Of a stretch of 64,000 nt of DNA, positions 27,453 to 38,200 are shown piece by piece (position 1 is the first letter of the stretch; every line of letters begins with the position of its first letter). Under the pieces are notes generated by a model, which saw only the letters and a list, made by a program, of their open reading frames with translations, had not been told where the DNA came from and did not search any database. The translations under genes were made by a program, and so were the position numbers. Origin of the DNA: Saccharofermentanales bacterium (GTDB lineage Bacteria > Bacillota > Clostridia > Saccharofermentanales > DTU023); NCBI GenBank assembly GCA_050951845.1, contig JBMNJV010000001.1, forward strand, positions 510,179 through 574,178, in the 5' to 3' direction.

Positions 27453-28964
27453 TTAATCCTTAGCCTTTTGATTATAATCAGAAACCAGCTTTGATGCTAC
27501 ATCAACATCGGAATTAATCGGTACGGGAGTATTGCCGATCATCTGATAATGTTCGGAACCCTTGCCGGCAATAAACAGCAAAGTTTTTTGGTTGTTTGAC
27601 TTTGCTGCCAGCTCAAAAGCTTCTTTGATACCGGCTTCTCTTTCCTCGACAATTTTATAAGGACAATCGGCTTCAATCAAATACTTGGCCATTGCGGCAG
27701 CGATTTCCGAATGTTCACGAAATCCCGGGTCATCCGGAATTAAATAGACAAAATCTGTATGCTTGGCGGCAGATTTAGGCAAATCTTCAATTCGATTAAG
27801 TCCTTTGCTGCCGCTGGCTCCGAACAAAGCAATCAATTGATAATCAGGAAAATGTTGCTCGATCGTTTCGAAACTTTTGTCAAAACTTAAACTGGTATGA
27901 GCATAACTGACATGGCAGATAATCTTATTGTCATGTGTGATATAAAGATTGTCTCGTCCCAGAGTTTCAATATTTTTCAGCGCTGCGGCAGAATCCGGTT
28001 TGGGAATTCCGAAATATTCCGTTAGTGCTATAGCACAGAGTGCATTTTCAATATTATATGATCCGATGCCCGGTAAAGAGTATTGAGTAGTGTTGACAGT
28101 GAAATGATTGCTGTCAGAATAAAAATCGATATTGGCGGCATAATAATCACAATTGTCCGATTTAGTCGAATAAGAAACAGCTTGAATTCCCAATTTATCA
28201 ATTTCCTGCTCAACTATTTCAAGATTATCCATATCTTTAGAAAATACGGCGATATCTGACATTTGAAAAATGCGCAATTTGGACTCAACATAATCCTGAT
28301 AGCTGGGATGTTCCAGAGGACTGATATGATCACGTCCCAAATTGAGCAGACTGACAATATCAAATTCGATTCCGGTAACACGATCGTATTTCAAAGCTTG
28401 CGAAGACACTTCGATCACCATGTATTCAAGACCTGATTGAACGGCATTTGCTAAATGGCTGAATAAATCCAAAGCTTCCGGTGTAGTGATGGTTGATTCC
28501 GTATTAATTATTCCGTCAAAGGTTTCAATCGTAGAAATAATGCCGCAGGGTTGCTTATGTTGCTTTGCCAGCCAATAATCAAGAATAGCTTTAACATAAG
28601 AAACTGTAGTGGATTTTCCTTTTGACCCGGTGACGCCGATTAATTTCAACTTGCGATCCGGTTGATTGTAGAATTCTTTACCGAGGCAGGACATTGCTAA
28701 GCGGATATTCTTGACAATTATGCACGGCAGATCAATTTTATAATCAACTTCGGAAATATAAGCTGAAGCACCTTTAGCCTGTGCATCAAGCAAATACTGT
28801 TTTTTGAAATTAGCACCCTTACAGAAAAAAAGAGTACCCGGTTCAACCTGACGTGAATCAAAGGTAATTTTTCGGATTGGAATATTTGGGATATTTGAAT
28901 TAATTAACAATTGTTTAGCCGTTAAAACATTCAATAAATCATTTATGTTTTTTGTATTCAGCAT
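27453..28964 (-). CDS. murE: UDP-N-acetylmuramoyl-L-alanyl-D-glutamate--L-lysine/2,6-diaminopimelate ligase (MurE)
   Basis: Mur ligase P-loop GVTGSKGKSTT and central and C-terminal Mur ligase domains. Amino-acid specificity cannot be decided by eye. Confidence 0.8.
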   Translation of the reverse strand: MLNTKNINDLLNVLTAKQLLINSNIPNIPIRKITFDSRQVEPGTLFFCKGANFKKQYLLDAQAKGASAYISEVDYKIDLPCIIVKNIRLAMSCLGKEFYNQPDRKLKLIGVTGSKGKSTTVSYVKAILDYWLAKQHKQPCGIISTIETFDGIINTESTITTPEALDLFSHLANAVQSGLEYMVIEVSSQALKYDRVTGIEFDIVSLLNLGRDHISPLEHPSYQDYVESKLRIFQMSDIAVFSKDMDNLEIVEQEIDKLGIQAVSYSTKSDNCDYYAANIDFYSDSNHFTVNTTQYSLPGIGSYNIENALCAIALTEYFGIPKPDSAAALKNIETLGRDNLYITHDNKIICHVSYAHTSLSFDKSFETIEQHFPDYQLIALFGASGSKGLNRIEDLPKSAAKHTDFVYLIPDDPGFREHSEIAAAMAKYLIEADCPYKIVEEREAGIKEAFELAAKSNNQKTLLFIAGKGSEHYQMIGNTPVPINSDVDVASKLVSDYNQKAKD

Positions 28965-29130
28965 ACAGTTTCCTTTACTTAAAATATCAATCAGTGTAAT
29001 CTGTGGACTTCGGATATTTTGACAATCTGATAACTCTCAATGGTTAGCAATCAGTGAAATCTTAATATTTAAAATCAGCAAATTATTAATATTATATAGT
29101 TTCGTCTTTTGTTGTTTCAGTGTATTCTGA

Positions 29131-30030
29131 TTGAATGATAACCAAAATAAAGCTCGAAAAGCAAATAGAAAGCGAATTATGAAAACAATATATTTTGTGA
29201 ACAATTATTCCGGCGTACATGTTCCGGGATTGAAAGATAGTGTTCATCTATTGCGTGAAAAACTGAATTCGGACGGTATCGTCTTGGAAGAAAATGATTT
29301 TATGACCGGTCAATTTACGGCAGATCAATATAAAACAATGAATAATTATGCTGCTATTTTTGATATATGTGCACGCTGCAAAGCATATGCCGGTGAAATT
29401 TTCGCACAAGGCAACACTCCGGTAATGATTGCCGGTGATCATAGTATCGGGATGGGCAGTGTAGCTGCCACGGCAGCAAAATTCAGCAATTTGGGTTTGG
29501 TCTGGGTTGATGCCCATTCCGATATTAATACAGATGCAACCAGCATTACAGGCAATATTCACGGGATGCCGGTTGCTTCGTTGCTCGGTCTGGGTTCCCG
29601 GGAACTGACTAATCTTTCAGGTGATAAAGCATGTCTCAGACCGGAAAATATACTATATCTCGGTTTGCGGGATTTAGATCCGGCAGAAACGGATTTTATA
29701 AATAACTTAGCAATCAAAGCATATTATTATGATGAAATTGCAGCACGAGGTTTAAACGATGTGCTGTCGGAAATCAAAAAAACTTGGCAACCAGAAGATA
29801 TTCATCTCAGTTTTGATTTTGATTCAATGGATCCTCAGCTGATGCCCGGAGTTTCAGTTCCGGTGCCCGGCGGTTTTACCGAAGCCGATGCATTGGTTAT
29901 ACTTGATTTTTTCAAAAGTAATTTTAAATGTCGTGCTTTTGATTTTGTTGAATATAACAAGACAAAAGATGTTGCTGAAAAATCTTTGCTGACTTGTCTT
30001 AAACTTATAAAATCTATCTTAGATGACTGA
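29131..30030 (+). CDS. arginase-family (ureohydrolase) enzyme
   Basis: Mn-binding motifs GDHSIGMG, VWVDAHSDINT and SFDFDSMDP. The true start may be the ATG at 29179 (MKTIYF...). Confidence 0.7.
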   Translation: MNDNQNKARKANRKRIMKTIYFVNNYSGVHVPGLKDSVHLLREKLNSDGIVLEENDFMTGQFTADQYKTMNNYAAIFDICARCKAYAGEIFAQGNTPVMIAGDHSIGMGSVAATAAKFSNLGLVWVDAHSDINTDATSITGNIHGMPVASLLGLGSRELTNLSGDKACLRPENILYLGLRDLDPAETDFINNLAIKAYYYDEIAARGLNDVLSEIKKTWQPEDIHLSFDFDSMDPQLMPGVSVPVPGGFTEADALVILDFFKSNFKCRAFDFVEYNKTKDVAEKSLLTCLKLIKSILDD

Positions 30031-30100
30031 TATCTGTTAGAATAATATAACAGAAATGTAATATTTGCTAATTATATTAGCACTGAATGGAAGTATTTTT

Positions 30101-30532
30101 ATGTTAATTCGAGACTGTTCAGGCGGCATAGTTTTTTGTAAAGATCAAGTTTTATTGATTCAAAATGAAAAAAAAGAATGGAGCTTTCCCAAAGGTGTTA
30201 TTCGCGGTGATAATGAAGCGGATGATATTGCAATCTGGCGTGTCAAAGACGAAAGCGGAGTAGATGCGAGAATCATTGCTCTGGCCGGAAAAACCAGTTA
30301 TGAATTTTATTCCGTAACCAGAAAAAAACCGGTTGCCAATCGAATCAAATGGTACATCATGGTTTGTGATGATATGAAGGCTTCGCCGAATACGGAACAA
30401 GGGTTTCTGGCTGCCAAATTCTTTCCGGTCGATGAAGCGATCAAAACCATAACCTATAGCCAAGACAGATCTTTGTTAATCTTAGCCAATCAAAAATACA
30501 AAGAACTGAACGAGGGTTTTGATGAGTTCTGA
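30101..30532 (+). CDS. NUDIX hydrolase
   Basis: Nudix-box-like W.FPKGVIRGDNEADDIAIWRVKDESG. Start refined to the ATG at 30101. Confidence 0.55.
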   Translation: MLIRDCSGGIVFCKDQVLLIQNEKKEWSFPKGVIRGDNEADDIAIWRVKDESGVDARIIALAGKTSYEFYSVTRKKPVANRIKWYIMVCDDMKASPNTEQGFLAAKFFPVDEAIKTITYSQDRSLLILANQKYKELNEGFDEF

Positions 30533-31163
30533 TTATCAATCAATTAAGCGATGTGCAGAGATCGAATTTGAAGAGAAGAGATCACGTTTTATCGGAATTG
30601 CCAAACCGCTGGAAAATTCTGCGCAAGCGGAAGAGTTTATTGCAGAACAAAGATCTCGGTTTCCGGATGCCACACATCATGTGTATGCCTGGATTCTCAA
30701 TAAGCCTCAACATTTGCAACGTTATTCCGATGACGGTGAACCTCAGGGCACAGCCGGTTTGCCGGTATTAGACGTTTTACAAAAACAAAATCTGGTTCAG
30801 GCCGGTATAGTTGTGATTCGTTATTTCGGCGGAGTAAAACTCGGTACAGGCGGGCTGGTCAGGGCATACAGTAAAGCGGCGTCTTTGGCGGTAGAGATGG
30901 CGGAGCCGATAATTTGGCTGACCCATCGTGTGTATAACTTAAGATGTGATTACTCAAATGCGGAAAGAGTGCGGTTTCAATTAAATCAATTGAAATACAA
31001 TCAAACCGAACCGGAATATACGGTGGATGTAAGCTGGAAAGTTGCCGTCAGGCCGGAGAATGAAGATAATTTTATTACTATTTTGAAAGACTTAACCAGC
31101 GATAACATTGATTATCAAAGAGGAGAACTGCAATTATTTCCCTCGGCAATTAAAGCAAAATAA
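30519..31163 (+). CDS. yigZ: YigZ/IMPACT-family protein
   Basis: KRSRFIG..., ATHHVYAW, DDGEPQGTAG.P and RYFGGVKLGTGGLVRAY motifs. Confidence 0.7.
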   Translation: MMSSDYQSIKRCAEIEFEEKRSRFIGIAKPLENSAQAEEFIAEQRSRFPDATHHVYAWILNKPQHLQRYSDDGEPQGTAGLPVLDVLQKQNLVQAGIVVIRYFGGVKLGTGGLVRAYSKAASLAVEMAEPIIWLTHRVYNLRCDYSNAERVRFQLNQLKYNQTEPEYTVDVSWKVAVRPENEDNFITILKDLTSDNIDYQRGELQLFPSAIKAK

Positions 31164-31188
31164 AAAAGGATATATAAGTGGAGGATAT

Positions 31189-31920
31189 ATGGCAGGTCAT
31201 TCTAAGTGGAACAACATTAAACGCAGAAAAGAAGCAGTAGATGCAAAAAGAGGTAAAATTTTCACTAAAATCGGACGTGAAATATCGGTAGCAGTTAAAG
31301 AAGGCGGTCCGGATCCTGAAATGAATTTTGCTCTGCAGTCTGCAATTGAGCGGGCTCGTGCCTATAATATGCCGAATGATAATATTAAACGTTCAATAGA
31401 CAATGCTTTGGGTGTCAGCGACAGTTCGAATTTTGCAGATATTACATATGAAGGATATGGAGCGGGCGGAGTTGCCGTTATGGTCAGAGCTTTAACTGAT
31501 AATCGAAATCGCACAGCCGGTGAAGTGCGTCATCTCTTTGAAAAATTTGGCGGCAATTTGGGTAAGGACGGTAGTGTTGCTTTTCAATTTGAAACAAAAG
31601 GCAGTTTGATTTTAGCCAAAGATAAATATCCCGATGAAGATCAAGTGATGATGGATGCTTTAGATGCAGGTTGTGAAGATGTGGAAATTTCAGACGATTT
31701 TTATGAAGTGGTAACTGCACCGAACAATTATCATCAGGTTATGAAGACTTTATCCAAAGCAGGTTATCATTTTGCAGATGTTTCTCTGGGACCTGAGCCG
31801 ATAACATTTGTAACTTTAACCGATTCAGAACAAATTGAAAAAGTAGAGAAATTAATTGAAAATCTGGAAGACATCGATGATGTCCAGGATGTATATCATA
31901 ATATGGCGGAAACAGAATAA
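31189..31920 (+). CDS. yebC: YebC/PmpR-family transcriptional regulator
   Basis: Begins MAGHSKWNNIKRRKEAVDAKRGKIFTK, the canonical family N-terminus. Start refined to 31189. Confidence 0.85.
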   Translation: MAGHSKWNNIKRRKEAVDAKRGKIFTKIGREISVAVKEGGPDPEMNFALQSAIERARAYNMPNDNIKRSIDNALGVSDSSNFADITYEGYGAGGVAVMVRALTDNRNRTAGEVRHLFEKFGGNLGKDGSVAFQFETKGSLILAKDKYPDEDQVMMDALDAGCEDVEISDDFYEVVTAPNNYHQVMKTLSKAGYHFADVSLGPEPITFVTLTDSEQIEKVEKLIENLEDIDDVQDVYHNMAETE

Positions 31921-32012
31921 GCCATGGCGGAAACAGAATAAGCGGAATAAATTGAATTTGGATTGAGATAGAATTTCAGGATTACTTTTATTATATTTCG
32001 GCAAAAATTGAG

Positions 32013-33086
32013 ATGTTTGATTTTTTATTTGGAAAACGCAGAAAAAATCGGGAAGAAAGAAAAGCCGAACGCGAAACTAAGCGGAGGCGTGTTTCCGAGA
32101 TTCCGAAACCTGACGGTGATGTGCCGCTCCGTCCCGGTAAACTGATTTTTAATCCTTTCGGACGCTTTGCGGATGCTGTGAAAACAACGGTACAAGAAGC
32201 AAGTTTAAGAGAAAAAATCGAAACCGAACAGGATGAACGGGAATTTTTATCTCAAATTGCGATTGTTGCTTTTATCGGAACATCAGGCACGGGGAAAAGT
32301 ACCAGAGCTTTGTCGATAGCAGCTGAACATAAGATTCAATATATTATCGATGACGGATTATTAATTCATGGCAGTAATATTGTTGCCGGAACTTCTGCTA
32401 AAACAGCGGATACGCAATTGGAATCGGTCCGTCAAGCTTTATTTATGGATCCGACCAGAGCTGCCAATATGCGGCGGGCACTGTTAGATGAAAATCCGCC
32501 GATTTTGATGATTCTCGGTACATCGGACAGAATGTTGAAAAAAATATGTAACAATTTGTGGTTAAATAAACCGGCAATGTTAATCAGGATTGAAGATGTA
32601 ACTACTGAAGAAGAAAGACAGATTGCCAGAACTACCAGGTTGTCTGCCGGTACACATACGATTCCTGTGCCGAGTATGGAGATTAAGCATGATTTTTCCG
32701 GTTATTTTCTGCAACCGTGGAAGAAATTAAAAAGACGCTGGGATCGTTCTGCAGACCGTATCGATTATTCGCTCGACGGAGAGAAAACAGTTGTCAGACC
32801 GACCTTTTCCACGATCGGAAATTACTCCATTTCGGATGAAGCTCTGGCGATGTTAGTTGAGCAAATCTTGATTCGTTTAACCGGGATTTCAGACCTGACA
32901 GAGTTCATGGTATATAAAGAAACTTATGGAGCAATTTTCAATTTGGGAGTTTCATTGTATTATGGATATAATGCCCAAGAAATATTAAGCAAAGCGCAGA
33001 GCAGTTTGAATAAAGATGTGGAGCACTACACAGCGATAAATGTCTTGTCAATCAATATTCGTGCTACACGCTTGGTACATAAATAA
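32013..33086 (+). CDS. fusion protein: basic N-terminus, P-loop NTPase domain and C-terminal Asp23/Gls24-like domain
   Basis: Walker A GTSGTGKST followed by IIDDGLLI. The C-terminal ..YSISDEALAMLVEQIL...YGYNAQEILSKAQSSLNKDVEHYTAINVLSINIRA fits the Asp23-family pattern. Confidence 0.5.
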   Translation: MFDFLFGKRRKNREERKAERETKRRRVSEIPKPDGDVPLRPGKLIFNPFGRFADAVKTTVQEASLREKIETEQDEREFLSQIAIVAFIGTSGTGKSTRALSIAAEHKIQYIIDDGLLIHGSNIVAGTSAKTADTQLESVRQALFMDPTRAANMRRALLDENPPILMILGTSDRMLKKICNNLWLNKPAMLIRIEDVTTEEERQIARTTRLSAGTHTIPVPSMEIKHDFSGYFLQPWKKLKRRWDRSADRIDYSLDGEKTVVRPTFSTIGNYSISDEALAMLVEQILIRLTGISDLTEFMVYKETYGAIFNLGVSLYYGYNAQEILSKAQSSLNKDVEHYTAINVLSINIRATRLVHK

Positions 33087-33102
33087 GAGGGGGGCTCAAA
33101 AA

Positions 33103-34125
33103 ATGACCAACTACACCTTTGATCGAAACTCAAACAATTATTCCGATGAGTATCAGTCAGACAAAAAAACATCTGATCAGTATGCCGAGGCTGCCAGACA
33201 AGCAAGTTTGCAGAATCAAATCAATTTTGATTCCGATTATCGTAAAGTTGAATTTGAACAGACTGATTATAAAGAACAAAACGAAGAAATTCTGGCAAGA
33301 GAAGAGGCTTTCCGGGCCAGTCTTGCCGGGGCGGGTTATCAAAGTCAAAGATCCGCTCAAAATCAAGATTCTCTGGATTTAGATGAATTAGATGACATGG
33401 AACAAACAAATCCTCAGCGTTCCGGAGAAAGTATTGAGCGTGCAGGCAGATCCGCACCGTTGCAACCGAAACGAACATCGGGTCCCTTATCTGCTCGTGA
33501 TCGCAGACCTCAGCGCACAGGTCCCAATCCGGCTCGTGATATTATCAGCGGTTTATTACAGGCCTTGATTCTCTCTTTTTCCAAAAGACCGATGCAAGCC
33601 TTCCATCTGAATTTACATTGGGGCAGCTTGGGAGTTTTGGCTTTGCTCAATGTTTTATTGGTGGCCGGATTAAATGCGGTGGTGATCAGTAAACTATTGA
33701 AAGCAGTTTTTGGCGGTGTCGGCACGCTTGTTTCAGGAACTGCCGGTTTCGGTGCCGGAAAAGTCTTCTTTATGACATTATTAAGTCAATTGGCTACGCT
33801 GATTGCAGTTGTGTTGATGATCCTTTTCCTGACTCTGATTTTAGGCAGTGAGAAAAAGCCCTTTAAGCAATATGTACAGACAGCGACTCTCTCAACTCTG
33901 CCGTACTCTTTTGTTCTGTTCATTGCATTGATTACTTCTTTCTTCCTGCCGCAAGTAGGAATTATTCTGGCTTTAACCGGAAAAATCCATGCTTTTATCT
34001 ATTTGTATGCCGGATTCCAAAAAGGGCATCCGACCAAGAGAAATAGTCCGTTCTGGTTTTTTATTTTGCTGATAGCTGTTGTATTGGTTATCCAATATTT
34101 ATTTCTCGGATGGACTTTGTCTTAA
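33103..34125 (+). CDS. polytopic membrane protein with a Q/D/R-rich cytoplasmic N-terminal region
   Basis: Start refined to the ATG at 33103 (SD gagggggg). About 170 aa of low-complexity polar sequence precedes five hydrophobic segments. Confidence 0.45.
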   Translation: MTNYTFDRNSNNYSDEYQSDKKTSDQYAEAARQASLQNQINFDSDYRKVEFEQTDYKEQNEEILAREEAFRASLAGAGYQSQRSAQNQDSLDLDELDDMEQTNPQRSGESIERAGRSAPLQPKRTSGPLSARDRRPQRTGPNPARDIISGLLQALILSFSKRPMQAFHLNLHWGSLGVLALLNVLLVAGLNAVVISKLLKAVFGGVGTLVSGTAGFGAGKVFFMTLLSQLATLIAVVLMILFLTLILGSEKKPFKQYVQTATLSTLPYSFVLFIALITSFFLPQVGIILALTGKIHAFIYLYAGFQKGHPTKRNSPFWFFILLIAVVLVIQYLFLGWTLS

Positions 34126-34137
34126 TCCAAAGAAGAT

Positions 34138-35265
34138 ATGAAGTTTTTTCATTTAGCAGATTTACATTTGGGGAGAACCTTACATAAATATTCTTTGATT
34201 GAAGATCAAAAATTTTATCTGGATTTTGTGATAGAACAAACGGATCAACATAATCCCGATGCGATAGTGATTGCAGGCGATATTTATGACCGGGCGATTC
34301 CTTCTGCTGAAGCAACACAATTATTTGATTATTTTTTGACTGAATTGAGTAAGCGTAATTGTCTGACGCTGATTATTTCCGGTAATCATGACTCGGCAAC
34401 CAGACTGAGCTATGCCGGGAATTTTTTCCGGGAATTTGGCATCTATATTGTAACCGAACCGAAGGAACAGGTGGAAACAATCGTTTTGACTTTGGATCAG
34501 ACGTATTATTTTCATCTGGTTCCTTTTTTTAAACCGGCAACTATCAAAAACGTATATCCTGAAGTGGAGATAGATACTTATCCGCAAGCTTTGGAACAAA
34601 TAATCAGCTCAATTGATTTGTCTTTGTCCGGCAGACATATTCTGATAGCACATCAATTCTTTGTTAATCAATCCGGTGAAGCGATTGTATCAGATTCGGA
34701 ACAATTGTTTGTCGGCGGTTTGGATCGGATTCCGGCTGAACTGGTCAAAGATTTTGACTATGTGGCATTAGGTCATTTACACCAGCCTCATCATGTGCAG
34801 TATGAAAATATAAGATATAGCGGATCACCTCTGGTATATTCAGCGTCTGAATTAGCTCGTCCCAAATTTTTAAGTATGATCGAAATGAACAATCAACCGG
34901 GATTTAAACTACACAAAATTTCTTTTGAACCGCTGTATCCTGTACATTTAATTGAAGGAGAATTTGCTGATTTAATTAATCGGGCCAGAGAAAATCCGAG
35001 TGAAGATTATTTTTATATCAGCTTATCAGACGATGAACCGATTCCGGATTTGGCAATTCGCTTCAAGAGATTCTATCCCAGGCTTTTGGAAATCAGAACT
35101 CCGCATTTTAATTATTCAGTCGAAAAATTTGATGCTTTGACGGCAGCTCCCGATGAATTGAGCATCGGACAGCTTTTTGCCTTATTTCATGAAGAAGAAA
35201 CCGGCAGAACCATCTCAGATGCCGATCGGAAAATGATTGAGGAACTTGCAGAAAAGGTGAATTAA
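34138..35265 (+). CDS. sbcD: exonuclease SbcD (Mre11-like nuclease subunit)
   Basis: Calcineurin-like phosphoesterase motifs FHLADLHLG, AGDIYD, SGNHD and GHLH. Confidence 0.8.
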   Translation: MKFFHLADLHLGRTLHKYSLIEDQKFYLDFVIEQTDQHNPDAIVIAGDIYDRAIPSAEATQLFDYFLTELSKRNCLTLIISGNHDSATRLSYAGNFFREFGIYIVTEPKEQVETIVLTLDQTYYFHLVPFFKPATIKNVYPEVEIDTYPQALEQIISSIDLSLSGRHILIAHQFFVNQSGEAIVSDSEQLFVGGLDRIPAELVKDFDYVALGHLHQPHHVQYENIRYSGSPLVYSASELARPKFLSMIEMNNQPGFKLHKISFEPLYPVHLIEGEFADLINRARENPSEDYFYISLSDDEPIPDLAIRFKRFYPRLLEIRTPHFNYSVEKFDALTAAPDELSIGQLFALFHEEETGRTISDADRKMIEELAEKVN

Positions 35266-35266
35266 C

Positions 35267-38200
35267 ATGAAACCGGTCAGACTTTGTTTAGCTGCATTCG
35301 GACCTTTTGCAGCAGAAATTGAAATTGATTTTCAACCGTACCAAAACGGTTTATTTTTAATTTCCGGTGACACCGGTTCCGGTAAAACTACTATCTTTGA
35401 TGCGTATATGTTTGCTCTTTATGGAGAAACAACCCAGACTGAACGTGATGCCGGACAAATGCGCAGTGATTTTGCCACTCCCGCCACCAAGACTTTTGTG
35501 GAATTAGAATTTAAGGTTAAAGATCAAATTTATAAAATAAGACGTGAACCATCCTACTTACGTCCGAAAATGCGCGGGGAGGGTATGGTTTCCAATCCGA
35601 GCCGGGTAGAGCTGACTTTACCGGGTGGTAAGATTTTGACTTTACAAAAAGAAGTCAAAGATAAAGTTGAATCACTTTTGGGTTTGGATGCGGATCAGTT
35701 CAAACAAACCGGACTTTTACCGCAAGGTGATTTCAAACAATTATTATCTTCAGATCAATCACAACGGGAACAAATTTTTCGTAAAATTTTCAATACGAAG
35801 AATATTATCGCATTCCAAGAATTGCTGAAACAAGAAGTCGCAAACTTGTCCCGAATCAGAGATCTTAAGCAAAGAGATTTGGTACAAGCGATTCATCATA
35901 TAGAGTGGTTTACCGACATAGAAAAACTGCATTTACAGGAGAACCCGGATCTGCCGAATACAATCGAGAACCCGGACCTGCCGAATATAATCGAGTACCC
36001 GGATTCACCGAATACAATCGAGAACCCGGACTCACCGGAATTAATCGAAAACTTAGACCCGCCGAATATAATGAAAAAACCGGATTTAAACGAGTTAAGA
36101 GAATTGGCGGAACATATCAATAACGGTGAACTGAGTTTTTTAAAGCAATTTTTTGAACTGTTTGAAACATACATCGGAGATTTAAAGACTTATCACAATC
36201 AACTTGGTTTAAAAGATCAAAAACTTAGTACTGCCAGAGACAAGAAGCAAGTAATATATCAGAAAGCACTTGATATCAGCAGGATTTTTAATGAACTGGA
36301 GATTAAAAACAAAGAATTGGCTGATTTGGAGACGGTATTGACTGAAATGCAAGTCAGAAAAAAATCCTTTGATATTTATAAATTTGTCGCATTAAATATT
36401 GCCGGAACATTCAGACAGTGGACGCACAATCAAAAATCTTTGACGGACAAAGCAAGTTCACTGGAAAACAATTTGCATAATCTGGATCAAGTTACCAACA
36501 ATTTAGCAGAGGCTGAAAAACAATATCTGACTTGGCAAAACCGGTCAGCAGAAATTGAGAGGGATGCGATATCACTGAACAAATTAAAAGAAGAATTGTC
36601 TGCTTATGCTCAACATGAAAAAATGAAGCTTGATTTGAATAATTTGGATAATGAGCAAGCGAAACTTGAAAAACAAAAAGCGGAATTGGAGCAGATAAAA
36701 CAAGGTTTAGCTGAGCAAAACCGGAAGTTGGAACAACAAATTGCAGATTTGAAACAAGTTGAATTTGACAATAATAAGTTAATTATCGAACAAAATAATC
36801 TGAATACGGTTTACGCTAAACAGGCCAATAATCTGGAAAGTTGGCAATTTTTGCGCAATCAAGCAGCAGAAATAAACAGTTTGACAATTCAATATGAAGA
36901 TGTTGCTGAAAAGCTTGAGCAGGCCGAATCGGAACTTACCTCGTATCGTGTATCGGAAAAACAACAAACCGCAGCTTTTCTGGCCAAAGATTTAATGCAA
37001 GGGACTCCGTGTCCGGTTTGCGGTCAAACGCATCATCTGAAATTAGCCGAATTTGACCAAAATTTTTCTGAAGAAATTCTTCGCGAAAAAGAGCAATTAT
37101 TCAATAAACTTCAAAAGCAGGCAACTGATCTGAAAATTGAACTTGGCGGTATCAAAACCGGTCACACTCAACTTTTGACAACACTGGAAAAAAGTTTTGC
37201 CAATGAAAAACAAGAAATAAACCGAAAATCAAATCAAAAAACAGATCAGAAAACAGATCAGAAAACAGATCCGAAAACAAGTTTCGACTTGACATCTGAC
37301 ATTAAATATACAGAATTCCAAGCGGCTGCGGATGAGTTGTTTAATCGTATTTCGGAAATCTCGGAAATCATTGCGACACAAACAGAGCAACTGAAAGCAC
37401 TTCCTCAATTACAAGAAGCACTTGCAAATAATGAAGCTCAAACATTGAACAACTTGTCTGATTTACAAAAAATTGAGGAAAAATTAAATGCCGCTTTATT
37501 AGACAGAACCAAGCTCGGTACAAAACTGGAAAACTTAGAGCAAAATCTGCAATATGAAAACTTGCAACAAGCAGAGCAAGCTTTTGACCGATTGAATTCT
37601 GCGTATAAAGCAAAAATTAAAGCCGGACAAGTTGCTGCGGACTATTATAATCAACTCTTACGTGAAAAAAGCAGTTTCGATTCAACAATCAAACAGATCA
37701 AAAGCGATATGGATGCTTTGGCGATACAACAAACTGAATTGGTGGCGGAAATTACTGAGAAATCAGCTCAGGTCGGGATACAGTTTTCTGATCTCGATCA
37801 ATATATTTGGTCACCGGATCGGTTAAATCAAGAAGAAAATGCGATTAACAGATATTTCACACAATTGGATAATTTACGTCAAGCTGTAAATGAATTAACT
37901 GCGAAAATCCAAGGTAAAAGCAAACCGGATTTGGAAGAAATCAGTGCTGAATTGCAGCAAGCGGAACAGGTTCTGCAAGAATTAAGAACGCAGCTGACAT
38001 CGCTCGGTCTCATAATTGAAAAAAATGTTTCCTTAGCCGAAATCTTTGCTGCAGATATGCAAGATTATCAAAACTACGCCAAAAAAGCTGCTGAGCTTTC
38101 ATACTTATCCGGACTGGCCAACGGTTTAACCGGTGCGGGCAGAAGAACATTTGAGGCTTTTGTCCAATCATATTATTTTCAGAGAATGCTTGAAGCGAGT

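Noticed and set aside
33040-33102. The upstream start at 33040 for the membrane protein, overlapping the P-loop/Asp23 gene by 47 nt.
   Set aside because: The ATG at 33103 has a strong SD (gagggggg) just after the upstream stop. The extension has no support.
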